Assembly: GCA_025201805.1 (NCBI GenBank)
Contig: MU619280.1
Coordinates: forward strand, 1-32,851
DNA from: Parasitella parasitica NRRL 2501
Taxonomy: Eukaryota; Fungi; Mucoromycota
Length of the DNA: 32,851 nucleotides
Direction of reading: 5' to 3'
How positions within the stretch are numbered: position 1 is the first letter of the stretch; every line of letters starts with the position of its first letter. Below, piece after piece: positions 24,101-32,851 of this stretch. The notes below the pieces were generated by a model that did no database searches, was not told where the DNA came from, and saw nothing but the letters and a program-made list of their open reading frames with translations. The position numbers were made by a program, and so were the translations under genes.

Positions 24101-25524
24101 CACAGTCCAACCCTCAAAGAAGTCTGGGTGATGCTCTGGAAAAATGGCGTAAGAGATTAGCGGATCTGGACGACGAAGCTGACGATAGTGAAGAAGAAGC
24201 TGACGCTGATAAGGAAAAGAAGACTGATGATCCAGACACTGAAGAAGCCAAGGTAAACGAAGAAGACTCATTTGAATATGTCAAGAATGATGAAGATGCC
24301 CATGATATGCAAACAATGGGTAACGCTCAGCCTGATCAAGTGCAGGACCTCAAGATGGGTGGCATAGACGAAGAAAAGGAGGATTCCAAAGAGACATCTG
24401 GTGAAATGGATGTTGATCAACAAGCAGATGATGTCGATACCATGCCCTTGCCTCGCGATACCTTGGAAATGTCTGGTTCTACCGATATTCAAGGCGCTAT
24501 TTTGACCAAAAGGTTACCTGAACAGCCAGTAATGGACGAAAGTGAAGTGTTGACGGTGGACGAGTCTGTTGTAGCTCGTGAGCCTCTAGAACAAGAAGAT
24601 ATTGAGCGTATGAGAGATGAACTAGAGACTCAAGTGTCAGATTGGAGAGAGGATGGCCGTGATATCAATAAGGCTCGTGAACTCTGGCAAGGATATGAAA
24701 ATTTGACTCATGATCTTGCCATGAGATTGTGTGAACAGCTTCGTTTAATTCTGGAACCTACTTTAGCTACTAAATTAAAGGGCGACTATCGCACTGGTAA
24801 GCGTCTCAATATGAAGAAGATTATTCCATATATTGCTAGTCAGTTCAAGAAGGACAAGATTTGGTTGCGTCGTACCAAACCTAGTAAACGTCAGTATCAA
24901 GTTATGATTTCAGTGGATGATTCAAAGTCGATGTCTGAATCTCATTCTGTTCAACTTGCCTATGAAGCTCTGTCGCTCATCTCTAAAGCATTATCGCAGC
25001 TTGAAGTGGGTGATATTTCCATTACGTCTTTTGGTGAACGTGTCCGTTTATTGCATCCATTTGATCAGCCATTTACTACCGAATCTGGTGCTAATGTTAT
25101 TCAACAGTTCACATTTGCTCAACAAAAGACTTACGTCAAGAACTTGATAGAAACATCTGTCGGCCTGTTTGAAAGCGCCAAACACTTTTCTGGTGTTGGC
25201 AATGCTGAACTCTGGCAATTACAATTGATTATCTCGGATGGTATTTGTGAAGATCATAATACGCTGCGTGCACTTGTTCGAAACGCATTGGAGCAACAAA
25301 TCATGATGATATTTATCGTTGTCGATAACAAGCCTGAAAAAGATTCTATTTTGAACATGACGAATGTCAAATACACGATCAAGGATGGCAAATACGGTAT
25401 TCAAATGAACCCCTATCTTGAAACTTTCCCCTTCCAATATTTTATGGTTTTACGTGATATTAATTCACTCCCTGAAGTGTTATCTGATGCTCTGCGACAA
25501 TACTTTAGCTTTGTGTCTGCTTAG
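9193..25524 (+). CDS. MDN1: Midasin (Mdn1/Rea1), dynein-related AAA+ ATPase for pre-60S ribosome maturation (about 5,341 aa, 6 exons)
   Basis: Exons 9193-9608, 9679-9757, 9807-10111, 10177-18184, 18241-18456 and 18523-25524 splice in frame (16026 nt). It has six Walker A motifs (GVTGAGKT, GETGTGKT, GPTSAGKT, GETGCGKT, GSPGVGKT, GPTASGKT), a long helical linker, a D/E-rich region and a C-terminal MIDAS domain (GDYRTGKRLNMKKIIPYIAS, VDDSKSM). The start codon choice (9193 vs 9121 or 9214) is uncertain. Confidence 0.97.
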
Positions 25525-25950
25525 TTTTATAATTATCGTATTATTATATTTTGGGTTTTTTTTTCAAAGTAAATAAAAAAATGCTGTTTGAAAAAGCCAT
25601 CTTCAAGTCAACAATTGCCATGCCGTTATCTATCGATAACAGAAATAGCTGATTATCTATAACAAGCCATAAATGTACATACTTCGCCATGTATTTACCT
25701 AATTGTCATATATTTACGTTTCCCTTTGGTTCAATATTAGTTTTTATTTATATGAACACAGAAACAATATAATAATTTATTGTTTTATGACCAATAGCTA
25801 CGCTGGACATCACGTATACTGGGATATGTTTGTAATGAAGAGGATAGGACTTTCCAGCTTCGATTGGTAACTGTAGTATTGACATCTTGATTCAGGATTC
25901 AATATAAGCGCTATTCAGACATAACACAATGCTTCAAAATCACAGTTGAC

Positions 25951-25986
25951 TAAATGGTTACACGCAAAGTCTGTGTGTACCTGACA
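25951..25986 (-). repeat. Fragment of the same LTR family (U3-end 36 bp)
   Basis: TAAATGGTTACACGCAAAGTCTGTGTGTACCTGACA matches the last 36 plus-strand nt of the 32188-32340 LTR at 32 of 36 positions. Confidence 0.8.
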
Positions 25987-26423
25987 CCCCTGATTACAGT
26001 TCACAATGCGTAAAGTGAGCCGAAAAAGGTAGTTTATCTAAAATTTATTGAATTTTGCCAATAACACTGGATATATTATATTCAGAAAAGTAGCCAATGC
26101 GAACACTTGATAATACCAGTAATCTTTTACTGTATATAACTTGTAAAAATAAAACTTTATGTCAACAGCCGCCATTACCGTTCGCGAATGTTACACTTTT
26201 GATCCCCTACATGTGTTTTGCTCGGTATTTGAGCGTCATAACAAATTAGCCATATGGCATTTAATAGAATTATTTTTTTATTTGTATAATGAGAACGAGA
26301 TATTCGCAATTCTTTTATATCTCGCCAAAGTTAGACGTATGCCACTCAACCCGTGAAACTCACTGTTCACTTGTTTGTCTTTTTTGCCACATCTTGGTTG
26401 CATCTACTCCAAACTGATCATTT

Positions 26424-26499
26424 NNNNNNNNNNNNNNNNNNNNNNNNNNNNNNNNNNNNNNNNNNNNNNNNNNNNNNNNNNNNNNNNNNNNNNNNNNNN
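26424..26499. other. Assembly gap (76 N)
   Basis: Run of N characters. Confidence 1.
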
Positions 26500-26514
26500 T
26501 CTTATTTCACTGAT

Positions 26515-27766
26515 CTACATGATGTAGCTGATATGATGGTGTTCAATTTCGGTTTCATACTTGGGTAATCGATCATCCGTGTACACTGGCAAAGATTCTT
26601 CATATTCTACTACATCTAGAAACCTGGGTGCCGGTAGAGTAGTGCTGCTTGTTAGTGGCAATGATGAAGCTTCTGAAGAGCTACCTGCCGATTCAAATTG
26701 TTGCTCGAATGCAGTTTTAAATGTAGAATATAATTCAGTTTCTTCAGAAGACCGAATGCCATATCCTAAAGTACCTATTTTTATGGGCACTTCTGCTAGA
26801 TCAGAATCATACGACCATAGTTTTCCTCTTCGTTTGATATTAACTTTTAGTACATAAGAAAGCGAAAATACTGGACTATATGTAAATGTTGGTAAACTGT
26901 CGACAGGAATGTCTAGAGAGGTGTCCACAGTAAATTGGGACGTAATTTCGTTTGATTGATTTTTAACAACACTTTGAGATATTATGTGTTTTAGTTTTCG
27001 CTCGTTCCTTGTTGATTTTTCTTTCTTGGATGTTTTATTCCAGGTCTGGATTTGGTATAATCTTGTCGAAATTGACTCAATTGTCTTCTTTGGTATGTTG
27101 TTGATGGATAGGGTGACATGTAAAGTATCACCGAGCACGTAATCTAACGAACTCAAGTTGACATGGACAAGTGGAGCTGTTTCTGATGAGCTATTCTCAG
27201 TTCTGTCAATTGTAGTGATACTAATCGGCTTTTTTGATATGCTTGTTTCAATAAACGGCATGTAAATAATCGATTTATGGGATTTGATTATGTTGACTCT
27301 TCCTTGATCTTGATCCAGGTAGGCTGATAAAACAAAATTTGAATGATAGGACAGACCTTCTTTTTGAGATATCACATTTGCCGATGGTGGAAATTGAACC
27401 ATTGGGATTTGAATAATGAATGGAAACGAGCTCTCTGGATTTGTCATTCGGTCCTTTCTCTTCCAAAGTATCTTTTGTGTACCGAAAAACTGTTTACTGT
27501 AAGTTGGAGTTACATAGCCAGAATGGTATGTTGATTCAGATGCATGGAACACTATCCGGAGTTTGTCAGCCTTTTGTAGTTGCTCTTCAGTAGCATTTGA
27601 TAATTTCACAAAACCTAAATGTGCAAAATTAGGTGCTTTTAATATGAGCTAATAAAGCACATCGCAATACCATAAAGCTACCTTGAAATACTGATCCAGG
27701 ACCGTATACTGGTTGATTCTTCATAGACCATCCAAATTCAGGTAAAAGATTGATTTCTAATGACAT
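26515..27766 (-). CDS. Alpha-arrestin-like (arrestin-fold) protein with C-terminal LPxY motifs, about 394 aa, 2 exons
   Basis: Exon 1 is 27766-27682 (MSLEINLLPEFGWSMKNQPVYGPGSVFQ), then a GT-AG intron 27681-27615, then exon 2 at 27614-26515. Arrestin-like motifs include YGPGSVFQGFVKL, FPFIIQIP...FPPS and PIKIGT. The tail has LPVY and LPKY (PY-type motifs). Confidence 0.8.
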
Positions 27767-29181
27767 TGAAAGGATTGTGAAATAAAGAGAAAAAGCAAAT
27801 GATGTGTTGTTTGTACTGATTTTGTGTCCTTTTATACTTTTTACAACGATTGCGGACTTGGTGTCACAATTGGATGGAGTATTTGGCTTGCCTGACGATA
27901 TATCTGATAGTAATTGCTGTATAGAAAGCCTACAGATATCTACAAATATCATTAACTGGAAAACATACGTAGGCTACCGTCTAGTAAAATATACGTAATA
28001 GATACTCGAAACATGTGGGTTCCTTTAGTCAATTAAAGCAAATCCATTTCTGACGCCAAATTCTGCCAAGGTAGACCAAGACGTCGAGCACTTGGCAAAA
28101 GATCGACTGAATCTTTCAAAACCCGGTACAAGGAGTTTGCATATTTGGCGACTTTGATAATCTTGTATCACATTATGACACAAGTTGTAGCTTTTGTCGC
28201 AGTGCTTTGCCATGAAACATTATAGAAAAACATATCATTGATTTGCAGCAATTTAATTTTCTTAGCTGAATGAACATCAAATAAGGTAATGCTCGTGAAG
28301 TGTTTGTCCAAACAAATATTACTGCGGCTTTCTGCTCATTCTATTCGCATTGTAAACAGTATGAAGATTAACCGTTACATCCATGCATATAGGGTAGCAT
28401 TAGTGGCGTAGTAAATATAGGTCGAAAAAAAAAAGCTGATCATTTAAATGAAAAGGCGTATTGTTTTTACTATATTGTAGCAGATGATTATTACCGCTAT
28501 GTTAACCAAATTTAAAGCGTACGGCATGACACAACAGCAGAGCACAGTAAACAACGTAAGCAGTTTACACCCAAATTGTCTCTTTTGATCTCGCGGAAAG
28601 TATCGTAAATATAACATTGTTGCGCAAGGCACAAAAGGATCATATATTGCTATATTTGGTGAAGCTGTGAACCAGATAATATTGCCAGACTGCGATGACA
28701 ACAAAGATAATTGACAGCAAAAACTCATTATCCAAGAAAACACTGGAGAAAATTATTTTAGCAGTATTCTGACAAACAAGGACCAGAAACTGGCATTCAT
28801 GAACGATGCTGAGCAAAAGTGAACAAATACTGTTTCAGATATTGCTTGCCCTGCATCATGATTATTTTAAAGAATTGCCTGCGAGAATGATTTCCGAATA
28901 ATAATATACTACGTAAAATGACCCAGAAAAATAGCTAAATAGCTTATAGGATTTACACTTAGGATGCCAGATCAATTCACAATGAGTCATTCTTCGTATG
29001 TCATGTATCATTTTTATCAGCAGGTTTCGTTCATCTTTATCCCCACATGTACACAAACATCTGTATATCACAAATAACAAAACTGACTGTGCGTATTGTA
29101 TCGTTATTTAATTAAGACTGTAATGAATAAATGAGGGTATAAGGCACATATCTTGAAGAATGATGTTTAAAAGATAGGTTT

Positions 29182-30331
29182 CTATGAATGAATTGCATTT
29201 GGCGACTCGTAATCGGGCAACCGACTAGCATCATAAAGAGGTAAAGCGTCTTCATATTCTATTGCTTTCATAAATTTAGGCAACGGCATAAGTTTAGTAT
29301 TAGACGGCTCAGAATCAAATATGGAGTACATTTTGAGCCCATTGTAATTGGAAGTCGTTCCATATTGACATTGTAATTCCATATACCACCCAATGGGCCT
29401 TTTTGTTCGACATTGATGTAGAGTTTATCTGTGATTTCAACAAGACTGCCATAGTCATAAGAAGGAGTAATATTAGTCAGTAACTCTAGCTCCAAATCAG
29501 CGTGGCAGTAAGACCCTTTAGCGCTTAGGGATTTGACCATCAATAATTTATGAGCAACGTTAGCAACAGTTGCAGTTTGCTTGCTGATATCATTGAAATC
29601 ATGAATTTGTAAGGTTTGGACGAGCTTAAGATGTGCTGTAACATATTGGAATGAGCCGTTAGCGGGGCCGAGTTTGTTGCTCTTTACATCTAGACTTATC
29701 AGAATGGATATTCCAGGGATGAAGTCCTGTGAGCTCATCTTTACTTTAACTGAGAGGTGTGCTTTTGCAGCTTCCAGGGAAAGAAGCAATTTTAAAATAT
29801 TTGTTTCGATATATGGCATAAAGATAATAGATGTATCTCTACGCATAGGTTCCGTTAATTCAGCCATTGAAAAGAGGGAGTGTCTATGAAAGCAATGAGC
29901 TGAAATGTGCAATGATAAAAACTATGATCCATAGACGGAGGAAATTGAACCATTGGCATTTGAATTGTGAATGGAAACGAGTAATTGACATTTGTATTCA
30001 ATGTTGATACATGTTGTTTGGATTCCCAAAGCACTTGTTGGGTGTAGAACAATGTTTGTTTAGTAGTGCGTAATACACCTAGAGATAGCTCGAATGGAGG
30101 GATCATCTCAGCAGCGCAAAATGCAAGTGGGACTCTTTCGACCACTAAATCCAATAACTTTAAGTTTAATTTAACGAATCCTATAGGTCAACATATGAAT
30201 ATTCACTGAAATGCGTAAAATTTTAGAGAAACAAACCTTGAAACAGATCCAGGACTATATACTGGCAAATCTTTGACGGACCAACCGAATTCAGGCAATA
30301 GTTCTATAATGAACGAGCGAAAAAAAGACAT
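29182..30331 (-). pseudogene. Frameshifted paralog of the arrestin-like gene
   Basis: Same architecture as the intact copy (MSFFRSFIIELLPEFGWSVKDLPVYSPGSV / intron 30236-30181 / GFVKL...FPFTIQMPMVQFPPS...IIFMPYIET...EYEDALPLYDASRLPDY). Homology is split across frames at about 30240, 29870 and 29340. Confidence 0.8.
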
Positions 30332-30476
30332 TTCAAGATGGAAAAAGCTAAGGTTAGGGATCTGCATCCTACTTGACGTATTTATATTACAATGGAAAAC
30401 TTGGCCGCAGCGATGCAATGTAAACAGCCGCGGTTTACAGAAAATTGTGCAATTACAGTACATCCAAAATCCTTAT

Positions 30477-31386
30477 TTATTGAATATACTTGTGGAGAAA
30501 TTTTCTGTGAAAATCAGAACGCAACATGTCATTGACAAATCTCTTTTTAGGTTTATCGTCTAGTCCTCTTGCTTGGTTCTTGAAAATCACATCATCATCC
30601 CATCTACAACACAAAATGTTGGTTTTAGTGACTCAAAAAACTATTTTTTTTTTTTTTTGCCAAGATTGCAACCTCTCACGATCTTGTCAAAATACTGTAC
30701 CTTCTCTTGACGCTGAAATCACGTTTTTCGCCTCCAATGTTTAATAATGGGTTGCCCTCCATTGCCTCCTGTTCTTTTTCAGCTTCTTCTTCCTCTCTTG
30801 CTTCACGTTCTTGTCGTTCCTTTTCCTCTGCACGTTCTTTACGAATACGCTGTAACGTCGCTAGTAGTTCTGCTGCATTATCATCATCATCGTCGTCATC
30901 GTCGTCATCGTCATCACTGACAGAAGATAGAATGCTTTAAACACGAGTAGATCACAGTCGCGTATTGCAAGCTTACCTACTACTACTCCCACCGCCATCA
31001 CTCTCTCCATCACTATCATCTTTATCGAGTTTCGCTAACCTTTCAGCTTCTTCCATTAATTTTTGTTTCTCTTGGTTTATTGGTTCTTCCTCTTGCTTTA
31101 TCAAACGAGTTGTGGATGCACCACCTTCTTTTTCTTCATAATACTCCTTCTCTGCTCTTCTCAATTCCTCTAATAGCTGTTCTCTGTCACCAATTTCATC
31201 GACAGTACCTTGTCCAGGTTGTCTAAACTTGAGCTTTGTATGTGAAGCAATATCACGAGCACTGTATTGAAAACTGGGTGCTTTGCTATCATTGCCTCTG
31301 GCAGGATCAAATGTAGGACGAGCAGCGGTAGTCTATGATAAAATGTATTGGCATTTGTGATGCTTTCCTTTTACTTAGCTTACCAT
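30477..31386 (-). CDS. CWC15: Pre-mRNA splicing factor Cwc15/Cwf15 (about 233 aa, 4 exons)
   Basis: Exons 31386-31384 (ATG only), 31332-30977, 30916-30701 and 30603-30477 give 702 nt. Motifs: [14 protein letters not shown]...SHTKLKFRQ, poly-Asp, GNPLLN, and [17 protein letters not shown]...[18 protein letters not shown]. Confidence 0.96.
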
Positions 31387-32187
31387 GGTCTAATACGGAT
31401 TTTTTATACACTGCAAAGAGAAGGATAAAAGAAAAAAATTGCAACTGAAGCCTATATACTGTAATTGTTTATGTGACATCACTTTGAGCTTCTTACATTT
31501 GATTGAATGAAACTTGAAGCCTTAAATGTTCACAATGGAATTATATACAGTACAGGATGCGAGGTGATGAGTAAATTTCTCAGCTTTCTTTGTAGATTGA
31601 AGAAGTCTTATATATAATGCTAGCTTTTCTAGTATTTCCCATCAAAGCTGTGCGCCTTCCTTTTTTTATATCATAATCAGACTAATACATATTTTGATTG
31701 TTCATCTAACCCATTAGTATAGCTAATTCACCAAAGAACATCGATCCAATATGGAGCAAACACGGATTCATAGTTGTTTAACTTTCGAAATAAAAACAAG
31801 AGACGCTAACATAAAACGGTGTTTACAACTATATCAATATACGTATATATATTAAGGATATAATTTTATGACAAGAAAAGAAATAGAGACGAGTGTGGCC
31901 CACCTGCAATAGTAAGAAGTTATGTTGCATATAATAAAACTGGTTTCTAAGTAAATGTTGATCCAGAATGAATTTCAATCATATAACATTTGGTTTCATA
32001 AAAGCAATTAGCTGGAGTTATTATTTGATACTAGTGCAACATTAAAGTTTTACTTCAACGTTGTAACGAACATGATATCAGATCAGATGTACAAAAAAAA
32101 AGCAATGAGCGAAGGCTTGGGTAAGCGAAAACAAAAGACACAGTTCATAGCAAATCTTACAAAAGGCTAATCACAGAGTACTAAAAT

Positions 32188-32340
32188 TGTCGTGTGCAGA
32201 GATGTGTTAGTTTTGTGCTGCTTTAATAAGTGTATATAAAATATGAGTAAGAGATGAAAGATAGATCTTTATTCTTTTGTATTCAATTGATATTTATAAT
32301 AACTAAAATTGTTACACACAAAGTCTGTGTGTATCTGACA
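32188..32340 (-). mobile_element. Solo LTR (153 bp) with 4-bp target-site duplication AAAT
   Basis: TGTCGTGTGCAGA...TCTGACA flanked by AAAT at 32184-32187 and 32341-32344. Homologous to 1551-1705. No adjacent PBS. Confidence 0.88.
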
Positions 32341-32353
32341 AAATGAGAAAAAA

Positions 32354-32426
32354 TGGAGACACCGGGGATTGAACCCGGGGCCTTTCGCATGCAAAGCGAA
32401 TGTGATAGCCACTACACTATATCCCC
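32354..32426 (-). tRNA. tRNA-Ala (TGC)
   Basis: Minus strand reads GGGGATATAGTGTAGTGGCTATCACATTCGCTTTGCATGCGAAAGGCCCCGGGTTCAATCCCCGGTGTCTCCA. Anticodon arm TTCGC-TT TGC AT-GCGAA, G3-U70 Ala identity pair, and a T6 terminator at 32348-32353. Confidence 0.96.
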
Positions 32427-32490
32427 AATCGTTGGATTTTCAAATTTTTTATTTGATAAATTGGAGAGGTAGCGTAATGAGATATTGCAT

Positions 32491-32529
32491 TGGGTCGATG
32501 GTATCGATGGCATCGATACCATCGACTCA
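32491..32529. repeat. Near-perfect 39-bp palindrome
   Basis: TGGGTCGATGGTATCGATG-G-CATCGATACCATCGACTCA: 19-bp arms, 1 mismatch, 1-nt spacer. Confidence 0.9.
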
Positions 32530-32851
32530 TTTAATACTTAGCTCAAAAAGGGGTTATTCAAAAATAAACAAATCATTCGACTATATGATTTTTTTATCAT
32601 TAAAACCATACTCTTGAGTAAACTAAGCATTGCATCATCTTAACATCATATAATTTTGGTTCACTATATTTTTAGATTCTCGATATCTATCTTTGCTGTC
32701 GAGATATTCCCAAAGAACCAGATTTTGCAAATTTTGCAGATTTTACAGCATATGGTCCTATAACAAGTACCAAATTTTGCAATTAAATCATGTCCAAGTT
32801 CCTAAGTAAAGTAATAAAGCACGTTTTGTTACACCTACCGGTATTAAACAT

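Noticed and set aside
10534-25437. Many antisense and alternate-frame ORFs inside midasin (up to 302 aa, e.g. 19153-20061, 23440-24117)
   Set aside because: Shadow ORFs produced by codon bias and the D/E-rich low-complexity region, with no recognisable domains.
10178-25524. Two separate giant proteins (2672 aa and 2332 aa) as suggested by the ORF track
   Set aside because: They join in frame through GT-AG introns 18185-18240 and 18457-18522 into one midasin.
25831-25986. Possible full-length 156-bp third LTR (TGT at 25831 to ACA at 25986)
   Set aside because: The length fits, but 25831-25950 does not align with the other LTRs and there is no TSD. Only the last 36 bp are supported.
26350-26423. 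Minus-strand peptide NDQFGVDATKMWQKRQ as a possible chromodomain or integrase end
   Set aside because: Too short, cut by the gap, with no diagnostic motif.
30880-30916. TCA/TCG trinucleotide repeat
   Set aside because: Encodes the ordinary poly-Asp tract of Cwc15.
32369-32617. 82-aa ORF on the plus strand
   Set aside because: Antisense to tRNA-Ala and running through the palindrome; spurious.
32721-32783. Short ATTTTGCA repeats
   Set aside because: Few, imperfect and expected in AT-rich DNA.

Overview
Eukaryotic, AT-rich fungal genomic DNA with short (about 47-97 nt) introns, most consistent with Mucorales (inference from gene and intron style). From left to right the window contains: (1) a 3'-truncated Ty3/Gypsy-type LTR retroelement on the minus strand (155-bp 5' LTR, PBS, gag-only ORF) just downstream of a tRNA-Leu(CAA) gene; (2) about 3 kb of unexplained AT-rich sequence; (3) an 11-exon USO1/p115 gene with one GC-AG intron; (4) a 6-exon midasin (MDN1/REA1) gene of about 5,340 aa; (5) a short LTR fragment; (6) an assembly gap; (7) an intact alpha-arrestin-like gene and a frameshifted tandem paralog; (8) a 4-exon CWC15 gene; (9) a solo LTR of the same family, with a 4-bp TSD, 13 bp downstream of a tRNA-Ala(TGC) gene. 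The main finding is that two diverged, apparently independent LTR insertions both lie immediately 3' of different tRNA genes, just past the Pol III terminator and in the same orientation as the tRNA. This suggests an LTR retrotransposon family that targets tRNA 3' flanks. All coordinates were counted by hand and no database searches were run.
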